Shown in pieces: positions 1 through 11,200 of a stretch of 64,000 nucleotides of DNA. The stretch comes from a virus: positions 1 through 64,000 of IMG/VR virus record IMGVR_UViG_3300027861_000016. The stretch is one strand, 5' to 3'. The notes beneath the pieces are model-generated. The model was not told the origin of the DNA. It did not search any database and saw nothing but the letters and a program-made list of their open reading frames with translations. Position 1 is the first letter of the stretch, and each line of letters starts with the position of its first letter. A program made the translations under genes and the position numbers.

Positions 1-430
1 GGTATGATAGTAAATAATAATATCCTCCAACAGGTTCAGGTAATGGATAATTACTATTTATTTTCCATGATCTCCATGTGTGAATTTGTTCTACTTCTTC
101 TTCGTCTAAATATGTACGATTAGGTAAGCCCTCAGTAATAGGTTGATCTATATTTGATTCTGAAACCTTAATATAAGGTGAGTAGTTCATAACGCTACCT
201 AAATCATAAGATAACATAAACGGCAAATGGTGTGGCTCAAATGGTAATACTAGGTTTTGTTCTTGTGTTATTGTAGCGGTTATAGTATCGGGGGTTATTA
301 CATTCCTTTTACATCCCACCGCTATAAGGTTATTCACGTAGGTTAAAATAGAGGCATCCAAGTCAGGATTAACCTCTGTTACAGTTTCTACAATGTATTT
401 TTTATGAAGTGTTATTGTTATATCAGCCAT
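1..430 (-). CDS. Hypothetical protein (tail region), 3'-truncated by window edge
   Basis: ATG at 430, 4 nt after the upstream gene's stop; open to position 1 (MADITITLHKKYIVETV...). Confidence 0.7.
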   Translation of the reverse strand, partial: MADITITLHKKYIVETVTEVNPDLDASILTYVNNLIAVGCKRNVITPDTITATITQEQNLVLPFEPHHLPFMLSYDLGSVMNYSPYIKVSESNIDQPITEGLPNRTYLDEEEVEQIHTWRSWKINSNYPLPEPVGGYYYLLSY

Positions 431-434
431 TTTA

Positions 435-2360
435 TTAATTGTTAGTTATTCTTGATTCAGTGTTGTTTTGTGTGCTATTTAGAGTCTTGTTAAACACTCT
501 AATATTTTTTTTATCATCTGTAGATTCCTCAACATATAGGTTATTTATTGTTGTCACTTCTGCAAAAGTCTTTACACCGTCCAACTCAGTACTTACCATC
601 CGTGGGGTTCGTTGTTGCTCTATTGTAGTTCCATCGTTTAACCATGATTCACCATCTTGTACTACCGCATTACTATCATTTAAAGCCGTCCCATCTGCAA
701 AGGTTGTACCATCTTCTAGTAGAGGAATATAGTTAGGTTTTAAGAATCCTTTTTGTGTTTCAAAATATTCGTCTTGGTTACCTACATTGTTTTGTGGAGT
801 TGGATTGGTTACTGTCAAATGATTACCATTCCCACTAATATCATATCGAGTTGTGCCTATTTCGCAAAGTGGATAAATACCAAAAACAGCACCAATACTA
901 GTTTTTAAAGTTAGTCCGTAAACCTTATCTAAATTAGCAATTGACAAGCTTCCTGAGTTAATCACAGGTGTATTACTTAAACCAAACACCTCAGCTGTAA
1001 AATCAGCTAAGATTCCTGCATTTGTTAATATTGCAGTTCCGTCACCCTCAAAGCATCTACCATTTGCATATAAAGTTTTGCTAGGTACATGCCCTATATT
1101 GTGTAAATCACCGCTTACTATATCTTTTAATTCTGGTAATGCTGTGTCGTCTCTTGATACTAACCAAGGTTCTAATACCTCTCCATTTTTTTTAGCATCA
1201 TATATGTAGTAGTAAGTCTCAAATCCCGTGTATCTTCCTAATCCCGCCACCATAGGAAAACTTATATTTGATGTAGATACTTCTATGCTAACTAAATGCT
1301 CTTGATTGTCTGACAGAATACCAGCCATAGTATTTCGGTTTGCAGAGGATACGTCTACCCCGTCAATAAGGATAATACCTGATTCCCCAGTACCAAAATT
1401 ACTACCTGCTGTATTACCCCATTGAAACACTCCCCAATAATTATCTCCAGACCCAACTGCTCCTAGGTGTAAAAGAACACCGTTCCTTGCACTTGTTTTT
1501 ATTTTAAATTCTATAACGTCGTTTACGTCTAAAATAAAAGTATAAATTTGATTAAACCCCTCAACATCTGCAAAACTATAAACTTCTTGTGTTCCCCAAT
1601 TACCGTCATTGGGTAAAGGGTTCATTATTGTCCCTATTGATTTATTGCCTGAGCTTGAATAGATAGTATCTCCTGAACCTTCGAATAGTTTGAAGTGGTG
1701 AGTAGGGGTTTGTGGTATTTTTTTGAAATTATAAATATCTACTAAACTCTGAGTGCCTATATTCTCCTCAAAGAACCTTAAATCAAATACTTCAAAGTCT
1801 TGACCATTAGACGAAAGCAATGTCATACCTTCTGTCGATGCTATTGGGTTACGATTCACATTTGTATGTCCTTGAACTACGCCATTTACACAAAAGTACC
1901 CATCTGTGGTGGGTGAAAAAGTACCTCCTAAATGTACCCACTCTCCGTTAGGGACTAGACCAAAAGGAGCAGAAATACCGTACCCTAATACAGTGTCGGG
2001 GTCATGCTGGTATCTGAAACTAATTGAACAACCTAACGTTTCGTCAACATTATTTGAGTAGATTGAAGCAGTAAATATACCACCACATGAGAAAATTAGA
2101 GGCCTATGATATACTATACTTACACGTTTTAACCAAAAGCTAAATGCATATCCATTACTTACATCCCACACAGCATTAGTACTAACATTTGAAGCACCAC
2201 CACAAACAAAGCTACCTCCACCAATAGCATCTCTATCAGTCCCGAGATTATTGCTTAGATGGTTTTCTTGATCTTCTTTAAGTCCAATTATATTACCGTC
2301 TACATCGGTTAAAACCTTATTGAGTACGGCTGAACTATCTGTTTTATTTCTCCTAGTCAT
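435..2360 (-). CDS. Tail fibre/receptor-binding protein with LamG (ConA-like) domain
   Basis: 641 aa; LamG-like 'FSFWLK...GEWVHLGGTF...FCVNG...DLRFF' pattern; G/N/T-rich; in the tail cluster. Confidence 0.65.
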   Translation of the reverse strand: MTRRNKTDSSAVLNKVLTDVDGNIIGLKEDQENHLSNNLGTDRDAIGGGSFVCGGASNVSTNAVWDVSNGYAFSFWLKRVSIVYHRPLIFSCGGIFTASIYSNNVDETLGCSISFRYQHDPDTVLGYGISAPFGLVPNGEWVHLGGTFSPTTDGYFCVNGVVQGHTNVNRNPIASTEGMTLLSSNGQDFEVFDLRFFEENIGTQSLVDIYNFKKIPQTPTHHFKLFEGSGDTIYSSSGNKSIGTIMNPLPNDGNWGTQEVYSFADVEGFNQIYTFILDVNDVIEFKIKTSARNGVLLHLGAVGSGDNYWGVFQWGNTAGSNFGTGESGIILIDGVDVSSANRNTMAGILSDNQEHLVSIEVSTSNISFPMVAGLGRYTGFETYYYIYDAKKNGEVLEPWLVSRDDTALPELKDIVSGDLHNIGHVPSKTLYANGRCFEGDGTAILTNAGILADFTAEVFGLSNTPVINSGSLSIANLDKVYGLTLKTSIGAVFGIYPLCEIGTTRYDISGNGNHLTVTNPTPQNNVGNQDEYFETQKGFLKPNYIPLLEDGTTFADGTALNDSNAVVQDGESWLNDGTTIEQQRTPRMVSTELDGVKTFAEVTTINNLYVEESTDDKKNIRVFNKTLNSTQNNTESRITNN

Positions 2361-2363
2361 ATC

Positions 2364-3437
2364 CTAAACTATTTGTGCGGATTTCGTTTCAATATAGATT
2401 ACACTACTACCGATATTTGACAATTCAATAATAGCAGTAGCACCAATAGCTAGTGAGTTTATTGGGTCACCGTCACCAAATATATAATCAACAGCTCCTG
2501 AATTATCGTTGAAAGTTATTGAACTAACTGTATTAGGGTTATCAATATTATTTAATATTACTCTTCGAGTTGTTTGTTTTGTTGCTGTGTCGATTGGTGG
2601 AGTAATTTGTATATCTATTGCTGTTTCAGTTGCAAAATTGATTTGAGTTGTCTGATTTAACTCCATATCTACAACCTCAGTAACCCCTGTTCTAGTTCGT
2701 TCAATTAATGTTGGTTTTTCTTCTCCACCACCACTAGTATCAATAGCTTTATATGTTCCATCATCTGCTAGATAGTTATTGCCACTTCCATTTGTAGCAA
2801 TTACTCCAACCTTTGTCTTTTCAGCATCAGTATAAGCATTTGTATCTGCGTTATTTTCGTATGCTGTCTTTGTTTCAGGATCAGTAGGATTTACTTCTGC
2901 GGCTTCTTCAATACCTATTAACTTAGTCTGTTCTGTTGCAGTAAAGTTTTTATTAACAGTACCACTAGACATATTATCTTGATTGAAAGAATCAGATGCT
3001 TTATTTGTAGGATCGTATACAGATTGTAACATATCACCAATAGAACTAGCTTCTGTATCTACCCATGTAGCACCGTTGTAATACCATACACTGCTTGTAT
3101 CATCTTGTATTACATAGTTACCATTTATAGGTGTTGGTACTGCTGAATCTCTTGCTGTTGCATCTGCAAATATACCTTTGAAATTATCTGTTAGATTACC
3201 TAGTTTTACTTTTTCAGCATCTAAAAAGGCATTAGTATCTAAATTATTCTCATATTGAGTTTTAATCTCTAAATCTGTTTGATTAACTTCAGATCCAGCT
3301 TCAATTCCTGTTAGTTTTGTGGTTGCTAAATCTAATTCATCAGCATTAGTATTAACTGTTGATTTTATCTCATTTATCTCAGTCGCATAAACTTTACCAC
3401 CTGTTATTTTATTTGGGTATGTTATTTGATTTGCCAT
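2364..3437 (-). CDS. Tail fibre protein
   Basis: 357 aa; two copies of a ~40-aa repeat (TKLxGIE..EVN.TD.E.KT.YENN.DTNA..DAEK.K); 'GDMLQSVYDP' and 'YLADDGTYK' fibre motifs. Confidence 0.65.
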   Translation of the reverse strand: MANQITYPNKITGGKVYATEINEIKSTVNTNADELDLATTKLTGIEAGSEVNQTDLEIKTQYENNLDTNAFLDAEKVKLGNLTDNFKGIFADATARDSAVPTPINGNYVIQDDTSSVWYYNGATWVDTEASSIGDMLQSVYDPTNKASDSFNQDNMSSGTVNKNFTATEQTKLIGIEEAAEVNPTDPETKTAYENNADTNAYTDAEKTKVGVIATNGSGNNYLADDGTYKAIDTSGGGEEKPTLIERTRTGVTEVVDMELNQTTQINFATETAIDIQITPPIDTATKQTTRRVILNNIDNPNTVSSITFNDNSGAVDYIFGDGDPINSLAIGATAIIELSNIGSSVIYIETKSAQIV

Positions 3438-3450
3438 TTGTTTATTTTAT

Positions 3451-4401
3451 TTAACTTAGTGTAAAAGGTAATGTGTAAGGGAAACCGCTTGAAGGGTTGG
3501 TGTAAGTCATCCAGTCATTTGATACCATATAATAACCATTTTTATCTACTAATAATACTCCTGTATTATCAGCTAAGGCATATTGAGGAAACATTCTACA
3601 ATATCTCTGTGTTTCTTCTAAACAGTCGCCAAATGGTGCATTTTCATTTGGATCATAAGTAACGATCTTATCAACCTTAATGGTGTATTCTTCTCCGCTT
3701 GTCAGTTCATAGAAAATTCTCACTCCGACTTGACTTAGATTGATTAATTCTGTGATTGTCCACTCTCCATAATGTTCTAGTGTGTAAGTAGTCTCACACA
3801 TATTATGCCCTGTTCCTGTTTCTCCAATACCAACATAAACAATCGGATCGCCCAACACGTCAAAGCCTAAATTATTCGGATCGGTGGGAACAAACTCACT
3901 ATTAATACCTATATTATAACCATCTATCAAATTATTAGGCTTTGTATTTAGTGACAATATACGTGTATTTGTAAATGTTCCTTCTATAGTTGCATCTAGT
4001 CCGTTAATTTTGTCATAACAAATAAGTCCTTTATTTTCAGCAAATACATAATAAGAACCATTACTAAGTTCTAAATAATAAGATTCACCTGCTGTATAAT
4101 TTATGTCATTACCATTAATTGTTGGAATAGCATCACCTAAATAACTAACTATAGTAATCCCTGTTAAATCAGCAAAACTCAAATAATTATCAGTTCCATT
4201 AAATTGAACACATGCAGACTCTAAAGGTATTGGTACAATAGGATCTGACAAGTCAGTTTGATAATATAAGCCACTATCTTCGTAAGTTTTACCGAACCAT
4301 TGCGATATGTTTGTTAAACAAGGTTCTGAACTAACACCATAATAGTAAGCATATTTCCTTAGGTTTTTGAATGGGATTCCTAATCCAATTCCCAAATCCA
4401 T
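3451..4401 (-). CDS. Putative virion structural protein
   Basis: 316 aa; N-terminal MDLGIGLGI and C-terminal FPYTLPFTLS motifs typical of phage fibre-associated proteins; shares a domain with the C-terminus of 435..2360. Confidence 0.5.
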   Translation of the reverse strand: MDLGIGLGIPFKNLRKYAYYYGVSSEPCLTNISQWFGKTYEDSGLYYQTDLSDPIVPIPLESACVQFNGTDNYLSFADLTGITIVSYLGDAIPTINGNDINYTAGESYYLELSNGSYYVFAENKGLICYDKINGLDATIEGTFTNTRILSLNTKPNNLIDGYNIGINSEFVPTDPNNLGFDVLGDPIVYVGIGETGTGHNMCETTYTLEHYGEWTITELINLSQVGVRIFYELTSGEEYTIKVDKIVTYDPNENAPFGDCLEETQRYCRMFPQYALADNTGVLLVDKNGYYMVSNDWMTYTNPSSGFPYTLPFTLS

Positions 4402-4697
4402 TATCGACCTATGTATATAGTTGTTGCACCAGTATGTCCTTCTGTATCTATAGCTACTACATTATAGTTATTCCATCCACCTAAGTAGACAGGAATAGTT
4501 ACCCAATTTGCTTGCGTACTTCTCAATTTTACTTTTATAGTGGCTCCTTCTGTAGCATCTACAGGTAAAGCTACTTTGAATGGTGATTCTCTTAAAGCTA
4601 CTCCATTAGCCAATGTAATAAGTTCAACATATTGACTTATCTCAAAGTTAACTTCACTTCCATTTTCACCTACTATTTTTACTTTATCTTTTCCCAT
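4401..4697 (-). CDS. Small putative virion protein
   Basis: 98 aa, beta-rich, translationally coupled (TAATG) to the next gene. Confidence 0.5.
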   Translation of the reverse strand: MGKDKVKIVGENGSEVNFEISQYVELITLANGVALRESPFKVALPVDATEGATIKVKLRSTQANWVTIPVYLGGWNNYNVVAIDTEGHTGATTIYIGR

Positions 4698-4699
4698 AT

Positions 4700-7600
4700 C
4701 TATCGTGCGTTAGCTGCAAAATTATATTTATCTCTATAAGAATAGTCTACGAAGTTCTTATAGAAAGGATTCAATGTTTTGTTTAAATAAACCCATGATT
4801 TATATTCTCCTTTTCTTCTACCACTTCCAAATTGATGAAATTCAGCAGAAGTAGCATCATCTAACATACTATCAAGCATTAGTCCAGTAGTCTTCATTAT
4901 ATTCAAAGCTGCTGTAGGAGTCTCTAGAAATCTAACTGCTTCTCCGGATAAGACTGAAACAGGTGTAAAGAAGAACAATTCATTCCACATCCTTCTACTT
5001 AAATAAGCAGCAAAATATAAAGCTTCATTATCATCATCTTCATCTGCTAAGTCTGCTAATAGTTTAGCTGCAAATAAAGCTCCAAACATTATGCCTATTT
5101 CCATTATAGCTTTTCTAATATTTCCTCTCTCCGAGGTAGTTAAATTATTCCAATCCTTAGTCAATAATTCTGCGCCTAAATGTTCTTTATGTTTATATAG
5201 TTCAGACATAAATCTACCAAGAGTTACATATGTACCTTCTTTAAATGTTTTACTTGCTTCTGAATACCCTAATAGATGTGGATCAATTTCACTTTTATTT
5301 GTCCTCACTGTCTCAAACCCCTTCCATCTACTTTGAATACCTCTTTGAATAAATTTTCTAAGGAAGATACCTAATTTACCCCACCAATATCTTTGAATCA
5401 TTGATTTATTCTCTTGGGAGTAGTTACCTTGTAAATCAGCTACTTTATCTTGAATAATTCTAGAAACATTTGATATTAGGTTTTCAATATTATCTGTATT
5501 ACCTACATTATCAAAATAGAAACCTTTTTTATTTTCAAAGTTTCCTTTACTGTCTACAGTAAACACTTGATCTAATGTAGCTGCATCTTTTTCATCTTTG
5601 ACTATATTTCCTTCTATATCTATATAGTCTCCATCCGGACCCGGTTTGTTTTTAGCTTTATAGGAATCCATAATAGCATACATTAAAGTACCTTGGATGT
5701 AATGCTCGGCCATACCATTAACCATGTGTAGATTCTTAACTTGCCCTAATCTCTTAATCTGTGAATCTTGAGTAAAGTCATTTATAAATCCATCAAATCC
5801 AACTGAGTCTCCTATGAATAATTCCATAAGAATATTAGTTTTACTAGTTGGAGCTAGTTTACCTATGTCTTGCATATTAGCTAACATCTCTGTTGGACTA
5901 GTATATTTAACTTCCCCTTTATGTAGATTTTTTAGATCATACACATCTCCTTGAACTGATCCTAAGAAGTTCATAGTCTTACCTTGTAGTATATTGGCTG
6001 CTCCAGATCCCCAGTTTAAAATCAACATCTGATTAGCTGCAAATTCCATTGTCTTATTAGCAATCTTATCTACAGATAGTCCAAACATTTCACCTCCAGG
6101 AATAGAAGATAGTCCATATAATCTATCCTCAATAACAGAAGTTAGTAATTTATAAGAATTGGATTGTTTACCTCCTTCTTTTATTTGTTGTAATATTTCA
6201 GTCTCTTCTTCATCAGATATATTGAATGTTTTCTTCATTACCTGTTTCATCTTCTTATATGTTCCAGGAGAAGTAACATCGAACTTTCTAGATCCTACTA
6301 GTTCTTTAGTAAGTTCTAATGTATCTTTCAATTCATGTTTATGTTTAAAGTTTAATGATACATACCTATTAGTCACAGCCATTCCTGACAAATCAAATGA
6401 TTGATCTTCTATAGGAACATCAGCTCTAAAGGGAACACTTACACTTTTGAATTGTTGTCCAGATTGAGTACCTATTACTTTTACAATACCATCTTCCGTT
6501 ATAGTATCTAAATTTCCATAAGCATAATCATCTGCTTCTCTTTTAAGGCTATCTGTTTTACGTTTATAATATGATTTACCTGCTTCTTTTAAACTATCAG
6601 CTCTATTTATTAGTTCATTAGTTTTAGTCTTCATACCAGGAAGTTTCATTCCTAATTGTTTCCCACTCCCTTTAACCATCTTATCAGATGATTTATTGAA
6701 GTCTACTAATTTATTATAATAGTCGAATCTAGTAGTATCTTTTTCTAAATCTTTATATTGGCCACTTTCAGCATCTTTTCTAATATATCTATTAGGTCTT
6801 TCTTCTTTCTTAACCTTATCATAGTACATTTCATAAGTACTTTCCCATTCAGCTATATCTGTAGGATCTGTAGGTTTTGTGGTCTTAAATTTACTAAACC
6901 ATTTATTCTCTACTTCAGTTCTCTTAGCAAATAGTTCATTACCTTGTTTAGTTAATTCATCCAGTCTTTCTTTATTCTTTTCAGGATCTTGTTTTAGTTC
7001 TCTAATTTCAGCTACTATAATGTCAGTCTGATAATCTATTTCAGCTAATGCTGCTTTCATTTCAGATAATTCATTATAGTATTCAAACTTTAGTTTTCTA
7101 GTATAGAACCCTGTGTATTTACCTTCAGCATTCTTTTCTAGCATGTTCTTATAAAGCTCACGTTGATCTGTAATCTTTACTCCTTCAGTTCCTACTTTCT
7201 TACTAAATTCTTCAAAAGCATTAGATAATACAGCTCTATCTTTAATAAAATCTGTCCTAATCTTAGATGAAGCTCTGTCTAATAAACCTACTGCTGTTTG
7301 TATGATACTATCTTGCGTTACATTTCTAGGATCAACAATCCATGCAGAAATAGCAGATATATCTCCAGGAGATTCAGATAGTAAATTATAGATATAATCT
7401 CTTTCTTTAACTACTAATTGAGGTCTTTCAGCTATAAGTTGCTTCTCTACAGACGCATTCATTAATTTATCATAAGCTTTCCACTTTAAAGTAGATTTCT
7501 TTTTGTCATTGTCAGCTTTATATATTAGTTCTAAAGCTCTTCTTCTCATTCCAGTTTGTATTGTAGACTCTTGACCTAATACATCTGCTAGTTGACTTTT

Positions 7601-8251
7601 AGCTGCTGACTTATATGTGGAATTTAAACCATTAGATCTACTTTGAAGACTAGCTATTTGTCTAGAAACACTATTAGCTAGTTTCTTAGGTATATCATCT
7701 GTAGTATCTACATATTCTTTAATGGAATCTAATATATCAAAACCTTCTAATATTTCTAAACCTTGATTCAATTGAGTTAATGTAAATCCAGGAATATCTG
7801 TACCTAATTGCTTCTTAGATTCTTCTCTTTCTTTATTGATAGAATCTCTTTTCCTTTCTAAAGAAGATAGAATACCATTAGTATTATTTAAGAATATAGC
7901 TAAAGACTCAGATACATCAGCATTCTCAAAGTTCCTAATAGTAGTTTTTAAATCTGTAAGAATCTTCTTTAGTTCAGTAGTCTGTTTACCGGCTTTCTTC
8001 TTATTGTATATATTTAAAGTAGTATTCAAAGATAATTGGACTGACTTTCTCAAGTCAACCAATCTCTTAACACTTTGAGTAACTTCAGCAGTAATTGGGC
8101 TTTCAACCAATTCCATTCTTAAAGTTTCTATTTGATCCAAGGAAGGAATCTCCTCTTTATTTAATATAAAGAGTTTGATTGCTTCTGGTTCTCCTACTTC
8201 TTTCTCTAATTCTTTCCACTCTTTCGAGTTAGTATTTGGACATGAAATCAT
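4700..8251 (-). CDS. Large ejected virion cargo protein (downstream of vRNAP)
   Basis: 1183 aa helical protein; N-terminal 'SCPNTNSKEWKEL'; C-terminal hydrophobic helices; crAss-like synteny. Confidence 0.7.
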   Translation of the reverse strand: MISCPNTNSKEWKELEKEVGEPEAIKLFILNKEEIPSLDQIETLRMELVESPITAEVTQSVKRLVDLRKSVQLSLNTTLNIYNKKKAGKQTTELKKILTDLKTTIRNFENADVSESLAIFLNNTNGILSSLERKRDSINKEREESKKQLGTDIPGFTLTQLNQGLEILEGFDILDSIKEYVDTTDDIPKKLANSVSRQIASLQSRSNGLNSTYKSAAKSQLADVLGQESTIQTGMRRRALELIYKADNDKKKSTLKWKAYDKLMNASVEKQLIAERPQLVVKERDYIYNLLSESPGDISAISAWIVDPRNVTQDSIIQTAVGLLDRASSKIRTDFIKDRAVLSNAFEEFSKKVGTEGVKITDQRELYKNMLEKNAEGKYTGFYTRKLKFEYYNELSEMKAALAEIDYQTDIIVAEIRELKQDPEKNKERLDELTKQGNELFAKRTEVENKWFSKFKTTKPTDPTDIAEWESTYEMYYDKVKKEERPNRYIRKDAESGQYKDLEKDTTRFDYYNKLVDFNKSSDKMVKGSGKQLGMKLPGMKTKTNELINRADSLKEAGKSYYKRKTDSLKREADDYAYGNLDTITEDGIVKVIGTQSGQQFKSVSVPFRADVPIEDQSFDLSGMAVTNRYVSLNFKHKHELKDTLELTKELVGSRKFDVTSPGTYKKMKQVMKKTFNISDEEETEILQQIKEGGKQSNSYKLLTSVIEDRLYGLSSIPGGEMFGLSVDKIANKTMEFAANQMLILNWGSGAANILQGKTMNFLGSVQGDVYDLKNLHKGEVKYTSPTEMLANMQDIGKLAPTSKTNILMELFIGDSVGFDGFINDFTQDSQIKRLGQVKNLHMVNGMAEHYIQGTLMYAIMDSYKAKNKPGPDGDYIDIEGNIVKDEKDAATLDQVFTVDSKGNFENKKGFYFDNVGNTDNIENLISNVSRIIQDKVADLQGNYSQENKSMIQRYWWGKLGIFLRKFIQRGIQSRWKGFETVRTNKSEIDPHLLGYSEASKTFKEGTYVTLGRFMSELYKHKEHLGAELLTKDWNNLTTSERGNIRKAIMEIGIMFGALFAAKLLADLADEDDDNEALYFAAYLSRRMWNELFFFTPVSVLSGEAVRFLETPTAALNIMKTTGLMLDSMLDDATSAEFHQFGSGRRKGEYKSWVYLNKTLNPFYKNFVDYSYRDKYNFAANAR

Positions 8252-11200
8252 TAACAGTGTGTATTAAGTATATGTTCTAACCAAGTCTTTCCAACTTGTT
8301 CATTTAAGTAAGTGGTTACATCTTCTAAAAGAATTTCTTTAGTATCAAAAGAACCAACTACCTCAGCAGGTAAGCCTATCTCTATTTCCTTACCGTTTAC
8401 TTTCTTAACATACGCTTTCAAACCTCCATTTGTTGTCTTACTGAAACCAAATTCTGCATCTATACCTTCATAAGAGAATGTATTACCTCCATCATAGATA
8501 GATTTAAAAGAATCATTAGGTGTAAATTTAACTCCTTGGGTTGGAATAGTCTCTACTATGTCTAAAGATGTAGGCGGTACATAAGCATCAGCTTCTTGTA
8601 CTTTATCATTTACTACCTTACCTCCTTTATTTACAATAGAGTTAGGAGAATATCTATAGTTATATTCTACCATATTATTTCCTTTTTCACTATAACCTAA
8701 TATTGGAATACGTTCATAAATAATACCAAATCCTTTACCATGCTTTTCAGAAGTATCTACTCCTTTAAATTGATATAAATAAGGAGTAACAACAGTACTA
8801 TTTTCATTTTCTCTAACTTTAGCTGAGATGAATTGTACATATTGAGCATCCTTTCCTTCTACAGAGTTAGCTTTATAATTAGTAGGAATATCCTTTTCCA
8901 TAATTATTCTTTCTAGATTCTGTCCAGGCTTACTTATTAATTTGTTCTTAACCTTACTAGATAAACTCTTAACTATCTTTCTCTCTAAAGGATTATGTTG
9001 AGCTAACTGCTTCATGAACTTATTATCTGGGCCAACTGATTCTTTCAATGATCCTATAGTTTCATTATAAGTATTTGTGAAATCAGTCTGTTCATTCTTA
9101 TCAAACCAAGACATAGGAATCAATTCAAAGAATGATGTTCTACTCTTCTTAAATCCTGAACTAAAGAATGAATAAGTAACTAAGTCAGTAGCTAATTCTT
9201 TTAAATCCGAATCATCTGCTTCTAATGCATGTAACCAAGCTCTAGTTAATAAATCATTAGCATCTACATCTGCTATTTTAGATGCATCAATCTTAATGAA
9301 GTTCATACCTTTACTCCTATCGAATGTGGTATATAAATCTTGTATGAATACATTATCTGTATATTTCTTCTTAGCCTCTTTCAATCTAGTAGGTAACTTC
9401 TCAAATAGATCCTTTCTCTTTGTATCAGAGATTTGAAATAAAGGAGTAGCTGAAGATATGTATCTATAATAGTCATTAGCTACTTTCTGATTAATATCAT
9501 CATTTACAAGATAATTAGGATCTTCACCAACTGATTGATAAACTCCTCTAAGAACTTCTCTGAAACCTTCAGTTTTATAAAGCATTTTATCTCCATAAAT
9601 GGCATTAGATAAATGTAATGTATTCTTTGTATAGGCTCCTGAACTAGTATTAGCAAATAATTTATCTAAGTTTTCAACATTACCTTCATCTACTAATTTT
9701 CTATGTAATTCTTCAACACCTAATTGTTCTATAAATGAACCATAAGCACCGTTAGTATCAGCTTTAGTTACCTTCATTGTATTAGATAATACTTTAGCTC
9801 CTTCCCTAGCACGTAGAAAGAAATTCAATATAGATAATTGTTCTGTATAGAAGTCATAGTCTCTAGGTCTAGTTAAAGCATTATCTAATTTAACCATAGA
9901 TAACTCATTAATTCCTACAGTATTATTAGCTGTTAAAGACATTGTATTCTTTAACTCACCTTCACTTGGATTAGGATCATTTAACATTTGTTGAGTCATA
10001 AACTCAATAGTATCAGTAATAGCTGTATTAGTAGTATTCTTCTCTTTAACATCTACAGTCTCTAATCCTATACTTAATACTGACCTCTTCTTAAACTCTG
10101 ATTTAGTTAATTTACTTTGACTCAAGTTATGATTTTGCACTAACCTTTTTATAATAGGTTGGGACATTATACTATTAACTTGCTTATATGATACTCCAGC
10201 TCTTAATAAATAAGCTACTGTATTAGCAGTATAAGCATTATTATTAATCATAGCAATGTAAGGATCTTTAGCATTATCCACATAAGCATTTAGATATGCT
10301 GATAGAACTTGATTAATCTTCTGTGTTCCATCTAAAGTATAGATTTGAGATAGATCTGTAACTGCTCCTAATCCTAAATCCTGTCTTACACCTAATTTAG
10401 ATTGTTGACCATATACATGATGTACTAAGTGATTAGACATTTGACCTGTACCAGTTTTACCTGCTGCATTCTGTCTTTTAACTTTAAACTGATGCATTGG
10501 ATCATAGAACTCAGCATCAGAAGTCTTTCTTAATTCAGAAGTAGCCTTCTTAACTTGTTCTTCATAAGGTAAATTCAAGAACTCTTTATGTTGTTCAGGT
10601 TTACCTTTCATAGTTGCTATATAAGAAGTAACATAAGCATCTTCTTTTAAATAGTCAGCATCTAAAGATGATACAGCTTCACTATGAGTAGCATCTGAAG
10701 TCATGATAGAATTATATAATTCTAGTAGTCTATTTTGAACTGCTTCTTTACTATTTTGTTCATAGATTGTTTGTTTAGAATAAGTGTCAAGACTATCAAC
10801 TTCGCCTGAGGCAATTACTTCTTTCTTCTTCTCTTCGAATATTGTAGACCATTTAAGTTTTGAAGTTCTAATCTCAATTATATCATTTAGTACTCTTTGG
10901 TATCTCTCATCCTCCGTAACATCCTTATTCATCTCAGTAAGATCGTTCAAGATTTTTATATTCTCTTGTACTATCTTCCAATCTTCTACATGATCCTCTT
11001 TAAGCATAGCATCTAATTCTTTACCATATTTTTTAGATGTATATTTATTAACATATTTATTATATCTTTTTTGTGTGCCTTTTTCAGAAGTATCATTATC
11101 AAATTGAGTCATCTCAACCTTACCTGTTTTCTTATTATATTTAAGATTAGGCATCATCACAAACATCTTATCAACATCAAAATCGGAACCAGTCTTAGCT

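Noticed and set aside
435-4401. Diversity-generating retroelement or invertible tail-fibre cassettes
   Set aside because: No reverse transcriptase, template/variable repeat pair or recombinase seen in the window
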